A DNA stretch of 64,000 nt from Ochotona princeps. Taxonomy: Eukaryota. A program made the position numbers and the translations under genes. The first letter of the stretch is position 1, and every line of letters begins with the position of its first letter. This document shows positions 1 to 10,800 of this stretch, one piece after another. Location of the stretch: contig NC_080855.1 in the NCBI RefSeq assembly GCF_030435755.1, positions 24,594,445-24,658,444 on the forward strand, written 5' to 3'. Below the pieces are notes generated by a model, which searched no databases, was not told the DNA's origin, and saw only the letters and a list, made by a program, of their open reading frames with translations.

Positions 1-205
1 TAAACCAATCCAAAGCCAGGAGCCAGGAGCTTCCCCCAGTCTCTCACATGTGTGTCAGGTCCTAAGGCTTTAGGGTATCCTCCACTACCTTCCTAGGCCA
101 CAAGCAGGGAGCGGGAAGGGAAGTGGAGTAGCCAGGAGACAAACCAGCGCCCATATGGGATTGCAAGAGGAGGACTTTAGCCACTAGGCTACCACGCTGA
201 GCCCC
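1..205 (-). mobile_element. C-repeat SINE (lagomorph tRNA-derived), antisense, cut by window edge
   Basis: ccaaagccaggagccaggagc ... ggccacaagcagggagc..ggaagtggag..gcccatatggga ... ttagccactaggctaccacgctgagcccc is the reverse complement of the C-repeat head and body. Confidence 0.85.
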
Positions 206-304
206 TGAATCAACACTCTTGATATGCGATGTGGGTGTTTCAAGCAGCGGCTTAGCTCACCAAGCCAAGATACCAGTTGCAATGTATTTGTTTCAGATGT
301 ATGC

Positions 305-598
305 ATTTGAAAAGGAAAGCCAGAGAGAGAGAGAGAGAGAGATCCTCCTTTCTTAGTTCACTCCCCAAAAGGCTGCAACAGCAGGGTCTGTGCCAGGGCA
401 AAGCCAGGAGCCAGGAACCCCACCCTGGCCTTTCCCCTGGGGGCAAGGTGCAGGGATCTGAGCACCTGGGCCATAAGTCATGCATTTGTAGGTAGCTGAA
501 TTGGAAGCAGAGTAGCCAGGACTCAAAGCCTCAGGTTGATGCTGATGTCGGCTGCAGCAAGTGCTGGCTTAACGTACTGCAACACCAAACTGGTCCCC
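305..598 (-). mobile_element. C-repeat SINE, antisense, diverged copy with (GA)n at the tail end
   Basis: (GA)n 312-340 then ttcactccccaaaaggctgcaacagc...caaagccaggagccaggaac ... gctggcttaacgtactgcaacaccaaactggtcccc. Confidence 0.7.
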
Positions 599-822
599 AG
601 ATATTTTTTTTTCAAAAGGTAGAAAAAACTGTGTCAAATCTGTACGTATCAGGCACCCCTCAAGCTTGGAGTTTGTTCACATCCATGCATGCCTGAGTGG
701 ATACACTCACCCACGTGACTCAGAGAAGCATCTTAGAATGACAGTATCACTTTCAACTGTGAGGTCCTTCCAACCTTGGAAATTAGAAAAATTCTTTCCC
801 TCCTTCCTCTTCATCTCTCCGT

Positions 823-1172
823 TTTTTAAGATTTATTCTTTTATTTTGAAAGTCAGAGTTATAGAGAGAAAGAGAGAGGGGGAGAATCTTCCATCCACTG
901 ATTCATCCTGCAATTGGCCACAACAGCCATGGTTTGGGACAGGCTAAACCCAGATGTAGGAACTTCATCCAGGCTTCCCAAATGGGTGGTAGGAGCCCAA
1001 GGACTTGAGCCATCTTCCACAGTTTTCCCAGGTGCTTTAGCAAGGAGCGAGCTGGATTGCAAGTGGAGCAGCTGGGACTCCCATGTACCCAAACCCATGA
1101 GGCATGCTGATGTTGAGCCCATGCAGGATGCCGGTATTACAGGCAGTGGCTTTCCCCGTCACACCCCAGCAC
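823..1172 (-). mobile_element. C-repeat SINE, antisense
   Basis: ttttttaagatttattc tail-side, ...ccatccactgattcatcc...caaatgggtggtaggagcccaaggacttgagccatcttcc...gctggattgcaagtggagcagctgggac. Confidence 0.8.
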
Positions 1173-1631
1173 CCTTCCCTTACTGTTTGGATGAGGCACC
1201 TAAAGCCAAATACATACGGGCATCAGAGGCCATTTGGTGATGCGCTCTCCCTCACTTGTTCCCTGCAGACAAGCTCTTTGGAAACTGACAGTGGCTCATC
1301 TAAGAACACAGCAAGCACTGAAGGCACTAATTTAACTGAACAGGACATGGAAAGAGAAGGTACTTCCAAGAGGAGACAGCAAGAACACTGGGTCAAACCT
1401 GGCCTGTCATCACACCACAAGGAGAGACTCAAAGAATCAGGAAACGCAAAGAAAAGCCATTGATTGAGACGCTTCCCGTGGGTAACAAGTACCCAATTTC
1501 TACTAAAGAGGTGGTAAGTAATATCCAAGGATGTGCCCATAGCCACCAGGCTGGTGAGGAGAGAGGCAGGGCCCAGCTCTACACACTTTCATGTCACATG
1601 CTCCCACCTCCACACCCTCCACCCAGCTCAC

Positions 1632-1821
1632 CTTTCAATCCCACTTGATGGCCTGGGATGCTGGCTTGGAATGTCTGGGTCTTGTTCCTGCCTGGACCAT
1701 CCCCAAAAGTCAACGTGGTCAGTAAGCCTACGACATGAGAGCCTGGCCGTTGTGCTGTAGGTGTCCCATTCCCCGGGCACAGGGTCAGCTGGCCAAAAGA
1801 CCTCAGGAAGGAGACCCAGTC
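1632..1821 (-). CDS. TMEM219: TMEM219 coding exon 2 (DWVSFLRSFGQLTLCPGNGT...HQVGLK+G), phase 0 in / phase 1 out
   Basis: Minus-strand translation matches human TMEM219 residues after RSPDIPQ. Acceptor is cgcacacag|GAC, donor is AAA G|gtgagc. The next exon was not found in 1-1631, so the gene continues past the window start. Confidence 0.8.
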
Positions 1822-1928
1822 CTGTGTGCGAAGAGGAACACGGGCAACAGGTGAGAGGGGAGCAGTAGCAAGTGCAGGATTGCCTGAGGGGGAGTAGGAG
1901 GGATGGGACTGGGCAGGGGGACGCTCAC

Positions 1929-2093
1929 CTGAGGAATGTCGGGGCTGCGCAAGCCGCTCCGGTGGGTGAGGAGGTAGCCCCCAAGGCCCAGGCCGGAGAG
2001 GCCGAGCAGCAGCAGGATCAGGGTGGCACAGACCAGGGGCGGGTGGTGCGCCAGACACAGCTGCACGTTGTGCCCTGCTTGGCAGCTGCCCAT
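1929..2093 (-). CDS. TMEM219: TMEM219 first coding exon (MGSCQAGHNVQLCLAHHPPLVCATLILLLLGLSGLGLGGYLLTHRSGLRSPDIPQ)
   Basis: ATG at 2093-2091 (cat on plus strand) inside minus ORF 1803-2180. The 55 codons are near-identical to the human TMEM219 N-terminus (signal/TM segment). Donor is CCT CAG|gtgagc at 1929/1928. Intron 1 is only 107 bp. Confidence 0.85.
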
Positions 2094-2691
2094 GGGGAGC
2101 AAAGGCAGCCGGGCCTCCAGGGAGAGGCGGCTAGAGGACAGGGAGGGAAAAGTAAGCCACATAAAGCCTGCAAGAGGCACTGACCCCCCATGGATGCAAA
2201 GCTTAGCCGAGGCTCCAGGTGAAGAGGTGATGCCGCCAGGGCCACACAGGCTGTTCTAGCAAACAGAGCCAGGATCAGAATGCAAGGCTCTGAATTCCCC
2301 AAGATGTCCACAGCATTTCGCTTCTGATGACATTCAGGCCCCAGCCTTTTACAAGGAGGAAGGGAGAATTTTCAGACAGGAGGAAGCAGTGCTGGAGGTG
2401 TGGGGTTTGCCTGAAGCCACACAGTTCCTTCCAGAGCCCAGACCCGGCAGGGAATATCTGACCAGAACCGCTCTTGGGAGCCCATCACTCAGATCTGCTA
2501 CTCATTCACCAAGGGACAGGCGGTGAGCAACCCCAGTGAGCTCAGGAGTCTGTGACACAGGAATAACATCAGATAAAGACTAAACGTGGCAGAGCAGGTG
2601 TCTCCTTGGCCCTGCAGAAACTCCATAAATGTCCGTCCCCTTTCCCTTTTTTCTCTATATGCAACTGATCCGCAAAGTCAGGTGAGGCAAA

Positions 2692-2712
2692 GAACACACA
2701 CGCACACACACA
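2692..2712. repeat. (AC)n microsatellite
   Basis: acacacacgcacacacaca. Confidence 0.8.
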
Positions 2713-2749
2713 GCGAAGGAACCGAGGCCCGGACATTTGCTCCTCTAGC

Positions 2750-3560
2750 AGCTGCGACAACCTGATGACAAGGAACATCTGGAAGGCCAGAGGCGGGCAA
2801 ACGGGGAGGGGGGCAAGGAAGGAGACCCGAAAATGCAAGCGCCAGGAACGCTCAGCCCCAGCCCTGCCTCCAGTAGTCCTGGGACTTTCTGGAAAGGGGA
2901 AACTAAAGAGACCCGGGAGGCCAGAGCCTGAGGGTGAGCAGCGGCCTCTGGCGCACCTAGGCCTCCCCGCCCCCGCACGCCCCCTCCGAGGGACCTCAGC
3001 ACCCTCATCCCTTTCCCAATCTCGCTGGCGGCGTCGGGTCCGCCAGCCCCTCGCTCTCACCGCTCAGAGCCGGGCGGAGGCCAGCGCCCCCGGCGACGTC
3101 ACGCGTGCAGCCGCCGAGGGGCGGGGTCCGCGCTCGCGCTCCCTCTCCCTCCCTTCCCACATGCCCCACCCACCCTCGCGGCGCGCGCATGCGCAGTGCC
3201 CCTCCCGGCGCCCGCCCCTCCTTGGCGAGTCAGGATCGGGACGTACCAAGAGGGTGACCCGCCGAGGGGTCAAGGCCAAGAAGCAACTCGGAGGGAGGCG
3301 AAGAAAAGCGAAGGGGGCCCCCGGAGAGCTAGTGTTGGAGACGTGGCGGGACCCTCACGGCCTCTGGAGCGGCGGGGCACAAATGCGAAGAGCATCTTGT
3401 CGCAGGCATTTTTGTGCGTGTGCCTGTTGCTCGTGTCCCTCCCGCGCCGGTAGTACAGCCCAGCCGCGCCCAGGTTCCGGGAAAGGACGCGGGCTACGCC
3501 TGGCAGGGTGAGGCTCCGGCTTTAGGATTGGTTTTGCGGGCTGCTAGCGGGGGTTTGGGG
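2750..3560 (-). promoter_or_regulatory. TMEM219: CpG island about 0.7-1.4 kb upstream of the TMEM219 start codon (putative TMEM219 promoter / 5' exon region), with a palindromic GCGCGCGCATGCGCA (NRF1-like) motif at 3178-3193
   Basis: Very high CpG density (cgcgctcgcgctcc, gcggcgcgcgcatgcgcagtgcc, ggcgcccgcccc). It lies immediately 5' of the TMEM219 ATG exon on the minus strand. Its long Arg/Pro-rich ORFs are GC artefacts. Confidence 0.55.
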
Positions 3561-3929
3561 TTCGCTACACTGCCTAAGGGACAGCACCGCAGCTTTTAGC
3601 CACTCTGATCATAGGCTCCTAAGGCTTCCATCTGAACATTTCATTTTTCTAGTACCCCCTGTATTAGAGACGAGAGCATCTTCCTGAGGGGGCAGGCATT
3701 CATTGTCCGTGCTCCCGCCACGCCGGGCCCTGCACTGAGCACGGGGTGGTGGGGTCGTCCTATCTCCTTTACTATCTCGATAGGAAGTGACGACAGTAAG
3801 CGTGGGAAAACGGGTTCTAGTGACCACTGAGCGCAGGCCTTAAGCACTGGACAAATATTGCCTGAAGCGGAATGTTGAGGATTTCTATCCTGAAGACAGA
3901 GCCCGTGTCCTGTCGGTCCCACCACTCTC

Positions 3930-4290
3930 CCAAGTGTGTGGCATCAAACTTCTCCATATATGGGCAGATGATCTCCGACCAGGGAGTCAGGACCGGGCAA
4001 CCCCTGGGGGATGTGCGTCAAAGGCTACAGTCAGTGAAATGGGAGAAAATATTTGTAAATCGTGTATCCCGTAGGAAGTGACTATCTAGAAGCTAAAGAA
4101 TTCTTACAACTCTGCAACAACAACAAACCAACTCGATGTAAAAGCGAGATCCTAAAAAGATGCTCAGGGCACACTATTCATTAGGGAAATGCAAAACCGA
4201 AGATGAATGATACCCACGAAGGAATCGTTGGCTACTATGGAGAATGCATGTTTAGAAAACGCCTGATTCCCATATCAGAATGCCTGAATT
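3930..4290 (+). mobile_element. L1 (LINE-1) ORF2 3'-region fragment
   Basis: aatgggagaaaatatttgtaaatcgtgtatc...aagatgctcagggcacactattcattagggaaatgcaaaaccgaagatgaatgataccc matches the conserved L1 ORF2 segment (...gaatgggagaaaatatttgcaaa...aagatgctcaacatcactaatcatcagggaaatgcaaatcaaaacc...). Confidence 0.6.
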
Positions 4291-4317
4291 TGATTCAGTT
4301 CCTGTTCAACGTTCTGC

Positions 4318-4500
4318 CATTTCAGATCCTGGGAGGCAGTGGTGATGGCTCAAGTATCTAGGTTCCTGTCCTCCTATTGGGAGACTTAACGTCAATTCCT
4401 GGCTCATAGGCCCTATCATTGCAGTTATTTGGGGAGCAAACCCGAAGATGAGTTTGATCTCCATTTCTCGGCTTCTTAAATTAAACAAATAAAAATTACA
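4318..4500 (+). mobile_element. C-repeat SINE, sense, 3' half
   Basis: gggaggcagtggtgatggctcaagtatctaggttcctg...attgcagttatttggggagcaaacccgaagatgag...aaattaaacaaataaaaatta. Confidence 0.7.
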
Positions 4501-4511
4501 AACATTTTAAT

Positions 4512-4790
4512 AAGAATAGTGGGACCCAGGCTAGCACTGTGACACATTGTGTTAAACTGTCACTTGCAATGCCAGCATCCCACGTGAGCACAGATTTTAG
4601 TTCAAGGCCCTGTTGCTCCATTTCTGATCCAGCTCACTGCTAATGCACCTGGGAAAGCAATGTTGAATGGCCCAAGTGCTTGGGTCTCTGTGGAAGACCA
4701 GGATGAAGTCTGTAGTCCTTGGCTTCAGCCTGGTTCAGTCTGGAATATTGTGACTATTTAGGGAGTGTAGGGGTGCAGTGTTGTGATGCA
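4512..4790 (+). mobile_element. C-repeat SINE, sense
   Basis: ccaggctagcactgtg...gccagcatcccacgtgagcacag...gctccatttctgatccagctcactgctaatgcacctgggaaagcaatgttgaatggcccaagtgcttggg. Confidence 0.75.
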
Positions 4791-4900
4791 GTGAGTTATG
4801 CCACTGCTTGCAATAAAGGTATCCCCTAGTGGAGTGTGGGTTCTTATCCCAGCTGTTCACTTCCTATCCAGCTCCCTGCTAAAAAAACTCTTAAGTGTGA
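4790..4900 (+). mobile_element. C-repeat SINE, sense, 5' head fragment
   Basis: tgttgtgatgcagtgagttatgccactgcttgcaat...ggttcttatcccagctgttcacttcctatccagctccctgctaa. Confidence 0.65.
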
Positions 4901-5064
4901 TGTGACCCAGTGATTCTAGTTTGAGGTGTATGGTTGTCCCTCAGTAGGCCAGCAGGCTCTGTCCCCAAGACCCCTCCCAGGGATCCCCAAATTGGCAATA
5001 ATTCAAGTTTCGTATATAAAATGGCAATCTGCACATAAGTTACTCACATTCCCTCTTATACTTT

Positions 5065-5397
5065 TTTCTTTTTTTTAAAGATTTATATATTTTTATTGCA
5101 AAGGCAGATATACAAAGAGGAAGAGAGACAGAGAGGATGATCTTCCGTCCGATGATTCACTCCCCAAGTTACTTCAATGGCCAGTGCTGTGCTGATCCAA
5201 AGCCAGTAGCTAGGAACCTTCTCCAGGTCTCCCACACGGGTGCAGGTTCCCAAGGGCCGTCCTCAACTGCTTTCCCAGGCCACAAGCAGGGAGCTGGATG
5301 GGAAGTGGAGCTGCCGGATTTGAACCAGTGCCCATGTGGGATCCAGGCGCATTCAAAGCGAGGACTTTAGCCGCTAGGCCACCACGCTGTGCCCCCT
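5065..5397 (-). mobile_element. C-repeat SINE, antisense, full length, young-looking (CpGs retained, flanking TSD tatactttt)
   Basis: ttttaaagatttatatatttttattgcaaaggcagatatacaaagagg...cgatgattcactccccaagt...caaagccagtagctaggaacc...ttagccgctaggccaccacgctgtgccccc. The flanks cttatactttttt / cttctatactttt repeat each other. Confidence 0.9.
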
Positions 5398-5412
5398 TCT
5401 ATACTTTTCACT

Positions 5413-5742
5413 CATTTATTTTCATTTTTATTTGAGAGATGGACAGAGAACTGTTTTTTTTTTTTTTTTGTTGCTGTTGTTAGAGACAGAGAGAGGCCCT
5501 CCATCTGCTGGCTCACTTCCCCAAATGGTCACAATGACAACGACTGGGTTAGGATGAAGCCATGAGTCAGGAGCCCCACATGAGTTCAGTCCTCCACATG
5601 GGAGCAGTGCCCAGGCACTTTGGGACATCCTCTGCTGCTTTCCCAGGTGTATTAGCAGAGAGCTGGATTGCGAGTGAAGCAGCTGGGACTGGAACCCACA
5701 TGGCAGGTGGCAATTTAATCCACTTTGCCACAGCACCAACTC
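5413..5742 (-). mobile_element. C-repeat SINE, antisense
   Basis: ttatttgagagatggacagagaac(T)n ... ctggctcacttccccaaatggtcacaatg...gctgctttcccaggtgtattagcagagagctggattgcgagtgaagcagctgggac. Confidence 0.8.
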
Positions 5743-5747
5743 CTAAA

Positions 5748-5897
5748 GATAAATATTTTCATCAGGCTCACTCCCCAGAGGCTCACAGCAGAAGGGCAGG
5801 GCCAGGCTGAGACCAGGAGGTAAGTACTCAATCTGGGTCTTCTGTGTGTATGGCAGGGACCCAAAGACTTGAGCCATCTCCTGTTGCCTCCCCAGTA
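5748..5897 (-). mobile_element. C-repeat SINE fragment, antisense
   Basis: ggctcactccccagaggctcacagc...ggacccaaagacttgagccatctcctgttgcctcccc. Confidence 0.6.
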
Positions 5898-6002
5898 TGT
5901 GTGAGCAGGATGTTAGAATTGGATGTGGAACCAGAACTCAAGCCCAGGTATTCCCATGTAGGATGTGGGGGTCTTGAGGAACCTCCTCCGTTGGTTAATT
6001 TG

Positions 6003-6282
6003 TTTGGATTTATTTAATTGAAACGGGGGGAGGGAGGGAGGGAGGGAGGGAGAGAGAGAGAGAGAGAGAGAGAGAAATCTCCCCTCTGTCTGCTGATTTA
6101 TTTCCTGCTGGCTAGAAGAGCAGGGAATGGCCAAGCTGAAGCTAGGATCTGAGAGTTCCATCCAGGTCTCCCATCCAGGTGGTGGGCACGCCAATGCTTG
6201 AGCCACCATCCGCTGCTTTTCAGGAATGTTAACAGCCGGGTGGAAAGTGCAGCAGCAGCTACCAGACCAGCACTCCAATATG
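6003..6282 (-). mobile_element. C-repeat SINE, antisense, with (GGGA)n(GA)n tail at 6026-6076
   Basis: (gggagg)n(ga)n then tctgctgatttatttcctgctggctagaagagc...tccaggtctcccatccaggtggtgggcacgccaatgcttgagccaccatccgctgcttttcagg. Confidence 0.75.
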
Positions 6283-6590
6283 GAGATATGGAGGCAGATA
6301 TACAGAAAGGAAAAGAGACAGAGAGGAAGGTCTTCCATCTGATGGTTCACTCCCCAAATGGCCACAATGGCTGGAGCTGAGCCAATCCAAAGCCAGGAGC
6401 CCAAAGCCTCCTCCGGGTCTCCCACATGGGTATGAGATCCCAGGCTTTGGGCCGTCCTTGACTGCTTTCCCAGGCCACAAGCAGGAAGCTGGATGGGAAG
6501 CAGGGCTGCTGGGATTAAAATCTGAGCCCATATGGGATCCTGGTGCATTCAAGGTGAGAACTTTAGCTACTAGGCTACCTTGCTGGGCCC
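6283..6590 (-). mobile_element. C-repeat SINE, antisense, full length
   Basis: ggaggcagatatacagaaaggaaaagagacagagaggaaggtcttccatctgatggttcactccccaaatggccacaatgg...ctttagctactaggctaccttgctgggccc. Confidence 0.85.
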
Positions 6591-7139
6591 ATAAATCAAA
6601 TTTTAAAAGTAAAAATTAAATCTGTTTAGAAAGTAACAGGCTAAAAACTGGAAAATTCACAAATGTGTGGGAATTAAATAGTAGGAAGCTACATACTATT
6701 CTGCTACAGTTTGAAGCAGAAATCGTGGGACAATGAGCAGAGCACAGGGATGTGGCAGCAGGGCTGATAAGATGCCACCAAGTGAGTCCTGGCTGACATA
6801 CAGATTGGAACTTGTGACAGCTGGGAAGTTTGGTGCCACAGATGTCCCACGGAAGTCTCTCGATGGTCATAAATTTGTTGTGAACATTCACTGAACACCC
6901 ACTAAACTCAGGAATAAGCAAAGCTATGTCGAATGACTTGGGTTAATTTGTTGAGAACAAAACCATTCCGTTAGCGTTAAAGAGGTCTTCTCAACTCATC
7001 TTGGGCATCTGTGGAGTTAACCAGTGAGTGGGCCCTCTCTAGCCATCTCCCTCTCTCTGCATCTCCACCTTTCAAGTCAACAGAACTATTTTTAAGACTC
7101 TGAATACACATTTTTTCCTACATATGATATACAAATGGT

Positions 7140-7925
7140 CAAATCATCATCTTTTCAAGGATGCTTAGTATCATTAGTCATTAGGAAAATGCAGATCGAA
7201 AGCCCCATTAGAGAATACTTAACACCAAACCTTTTTAAAAAATAAAAAATGGAAACTCCCAAGTGTTGGCAGGGATGTGGGGAAATTGGAAGCGTCCCCC
7301 AGGCTTGGTGGAACGTAAAGGGTTCCAGGTGGTGTGGAAAACGGTTTGGCAGTGCTCAGTGAATCGAATACCAAATTACCATGTTTACCCCGCAGTTCCG
7401 TCCTGACGCATATACTGTTTGAATCAAAAAACAGGTGTTCAGACAAAGAAAAAAAGATGTGTCCTAGCGTCCACAGTCACACCATCCACCATGGCCAAGA
7501 GACGGAAATAGCCTCCAAGCCTATCAGGTAGATGAATGGGTGAAGGAAATGGGGTATACTTGTGTAACGCAGTGCATTCCAGCTCAGGGAAAAAGGGAAT
7601 TCTAGCGTATCCTGTAATGTGGACTTCTCTTTAAGGATTTATTTCTAATGAAACACGCTGTTCTCAAAGAGACAAAGACTGTATGATTCCATTTGTATCA
7701 TGGCCCTAGAGCAGTCAGATTCATAGGGTCAGCAAGTAGAAGGTGGCTGACCCGGATTCGGGTGAATGTGGAGTTGGTGTTGGCCACCAAGGTTCAGCTT
7801 GGGAAGACATGAGAGCTCTGGAGTTGGAGAGTGGTGATGGTTGCACGGCGGTGTGAAGGTGCCCAGCACCTAGGAGCTGCACGTTAAATTGGTGAATTTT
7901 ATGTATGTTTTATTACGATAAAAAT
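7140..7925 (+). mobile_element. L1 (LINE-1) 3'-terminal fragment (end of ORF2 plus 3' UTR), sense
   Basis: cattaggaaaatgcagatcgaaag...caagtgttggcagggatgtggggaaattggaag...tggtgtggaaaacggtttggcagtgctc...accatgtttaccc...gactgtatgattccatttgtatcatggccctagagcagtcagattcatagggtcagcaagtagaaggtggctgacc...gtggtgatggttgcacggcggtgtgaaggtgcc...aaattggtgaattttatgtatgttttatt matches the L1 consensus 3' end. A SINE is inserted immediately 3' of it. Confidence 0.7.
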
Positions 7926-7926
7926 G

Positions 7927-8228
7927 GAGGTATGGGCATTTGGTGCCCAGACTGAAGTCACCACTTGGGATACCCTGAGGAGCTGGGTTTGATTCTTGCC
8001 TCTGCTTCCAATTCCAGCTTCCTAGTAATGTCCATTCTGGATCACAGCAGATGACGGTTCAAGTCCCTGGGCTTCTGCCACACTTGGAGGAGGCTTGAAT
8101 GCAATCCTAGGCTCCTGCCTTCAGCCTGACCCAGCCCTAGCTTTTGTGTGTATTTGGGGAATAGGCCATCAGATGGAAGTTCTGTCTGTTTCCCTCCGTA
8201 TCTCTGCCTTACAAATAAAATGAAGACA
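7927..8228 (+). mobile_element. C-repeat SINE, sense
   Basis: ggtatgggcatttggtgcccagactgaag...gggtttgattcttgcctctgcttccaattccagcttcctag...tctctgccttacaaataaaatgaa. Confidence 0.75.
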
Positions 8229-8510
8229 AATTGATTTTTGTAGGAGGTGTTTAAAACACAGACACAAGGAAGGACAACGACATGCTAATACGTGTTACAA
8301 CACGAACGAACCTCGAAAGCAACATGCAGAATGAAAGGTCCAGAGATAAGCAGTCATGTGCTGTCTGAGTCCATGTTTGTGAAATATCCTAAACAGGGAA
8401 ATCTGCAGATGGAGTCGGTAGCTTGATGAGGATAAAGGATTCAGTGGAGAGGGAAGTGATTACTGATTAATGGTTTTGGGTTTCCTTTGGGCAGATGAAA
8501 AGATTCTGAC

Positions 8511-8828
8511 CGGGGAGAGGCATGGTGGTGTAATGGGCTAATCCTCCACCTACTGGCACCAGTATCTCATAGAAGTACCGATTCATGTATTGACTGTTCC
8601 ACTTCCTAATCCAGCTCCCTACTTATGGCCTGGGAAGGTAGTAGAGGATGGCTCTAGTCCTTGGGCCTTCTACACCCATGTGGGAGATCCGAACAAAGCG
8701 CTTGGCTCCTGGCTTCAGAGCAGCTCTGGCCACTGCAGCCATTTGGGCAGTGAGCCAGTAGATGCAAAATTGTTCTTTGTCTCTCCCGCTTTCCATGTAA
8801 CTCTGACTTTTAAAGTAAAATAAACAAA
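8511..8828 (+). mobile_element. C-repeat SINE, sense, full length
   Basis: ggggagaggcatggtggtgtaatgggctaatcc...gttccacttcctaatccagctccctacttatggcctgggaaggtagtagaggatggctctagtccttgggcc...ctctgacttttaaagtaaaataaacaaag. Confidence 0.85.
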
Positions 8829-10480
8829 GAAGCAAACATAATTAGAGTCCTTGAGAAGAGAGAGAGAATGTTCTGGAACTCAATAGAAGCAATAGAAGTG
8901 GTGACTACCGCACGTGAAATAGGCTAGTACCACTGAGCAGTAAAGATTAGGACAGTGACAAGGGTAAACTGTGTTAGTGTAACTTAAGGCAGTTTCTTAA
9001 AATGTTACAGTGATTCCTTTTCTCTTAGTACCCCCTGGACTCTACTTGCTGTTCCACATCTCTGGACCAGTGTAACCTGCTTGGCAGACTTGCAAGCAAG
9101 CAAGCTGCCCGTCCTTCCCTCAGTCATCCACGAATCGCTAGGGAGGGGTCTGGTGGCCTTACCCTCCTTCTTCACTCCTCCTTGTAGGGTTTACCTGTCT
9201 CCCAACCCTTCCCACCCGCTGACCCCAGCCCCTCCCTTGCTGCCTGCCCACCTAATGAGGCTCCTGCCCACCTCGGGACAGGAAGCTCAGGTGCCCCCCT
9301 GTTGGCGCCTGAGGGCCAGCCCTCGCAGCCACCATCAGCGCCCATCTTCGCCGAAGCTGCAATTCTATTGGTCCGCAACTGCACAGTTTGTCCTAACACT
9401 GCTCTCTCTTCCAGGCTGCCGTGTCTCCCTCCTCTCCTTCTGCCTGTGATCAAGCCCAGGGGTCGCAGGCCCTGGAATGCCTGTCCCCTCACTCTCAGCA
9501 TCAATGCCCCTCCCTGTCCCTGCAGAACTATGTCTGTTCCAAACCCAACCCTCCCTGCTTTTTAACTTGTGTGGATAAAGCCTCTCTTGTTGGGATTCTG
9601 AATTCCTGGGAGGCCATGACTAAGCCATCTTCCTCCTCACGTCCATGACATTGACACCCAATCTTGTACCTAGCACATGGCATACCCCAAAAATGTTAGT
9701 GGGAGTCCTCGCGCATTGCTCCCAGCAGCTGTCCTAAAGCTCTCCCACTCTTAGCATCAGTTCCCCAATCCTTAACCCAGCCCCAAGAAGTTCCATCGGA
9801 ACTGTTGGCAGATGACCGCTGTACCAGTCAGTCATGAAGTCCCGTGCTGCTCACCCCACAAAAACACTTTTCGCTGCTTACCCATCCAACCTTGCCTCTC
9901 TCCTTCCCCTGCTCCCTCTTCAACCAAGGTGATCCTCCTCCTCACTGTGTTCTGGAAACTTCTCCTTGCCACAGAGCTCCTCCATCATCTCTCTGCATTT
10001 TCCATCCTTACTCCTTCAGCACTTACAAAGTAATGCTATATTCCTGATGCTGGGACTATGGTGGGGAATGAGTCGGGTGACGTGCCACCCTTCACAAAGC
10101 TGCCTTTTAATTGAGAAAGAAACCTTTGAAATGTCCAGGACAGAAGCGAAGATGAAGACAGAGGTGAGGGCAGGGGTCTTGGCGATAGTGACGTTTGACG
10201 CCTACAGCATGTTTTGCGCAGATCTAGGAGGTGAGGGTTCCAGGTAGAAGCAACAGCCATGAGGAGACCAGAGGAGGAGAGGTTTGGCTTGTAGGGGCTG
10301 GGGCAAGTGAACACCAGTCAGTAGACGAGAGTGGTATGAGAAGAGAACAGAGAGCCGCTCTGTGACCAAGACCTTGTGTGCACACCATGGCAAGAAGACT
10401 GGAGAGGAGGCATGGGAGGCTGATGGTAATGTTTAAGAAGGAAAATTACATGTTAGGACTCTCATCCTAAAAGGATCACT

Positions 10481-10800
10481 TGGGTTGACTGGTGGCACGG
10501 TGGGTTAAGCCATTGCCTGATATGCTGGCATCTCATACCAGAACACCAGCTTGAGTGTTCCAGCTCACTTCCCATCCAGCTGTCTTCTAATGAGCCCCAG
10601 AAGCCAGCAGATGATGGATGGCTCAAGTGCTTGGGGCCCTACCACCCATGTGGGAAACTGGGATGGATTTCCTGGTTCCTGGTGAAGGCCCAGTTATTGT
10701 GGACATTTGGTGAGTGAACCAACAAGTGGAAGATTCTCTTTCTCTCTCTGATGGTCTTTCATTCAAATACATAAATAATTCTCTCTTTTTAAAAACAAAA
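10481..10800 (+). mobile_element. C-repeat SINE, sense
   Basis: ttgggttgactggtggcacggtgggttaagcc...cacttcccatccagctgtcttctaatgag...catttggtgagtgaaccaacaagtggaagattctc...aaatacataaataatt. Confidence 0.8.

Noticed and set aside
1-1631. Search for downstream TMEM219 coding exons (GSSAGQLVLITARVTTERTAG...)
   Set aside because: None of the three minus-strand frames between 1 and 1631 encodes anything resembling the expected continuation. That region is mostly three SINE copies. The remaining exons must lie beyond the window start.
2765-3511. 248-aa plus-strand ORF (Arg/Pro/Gly-rich), with overlapping minus-strand ORFs
   Set aside because: It lies wholly inside a CpG island and is low-complexity. 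Overlapping ORFs on both strands are typical GC artefacts. No recognisable domain.
5913-6548. 211-aa minus-strand ORF
   Set aside because: Composed of translated antisense C-repeat SINE sequence (IWGVNHQMEDL.., PGSWL.. motifs recur in dozens of SINE-derived ORFs across the window).
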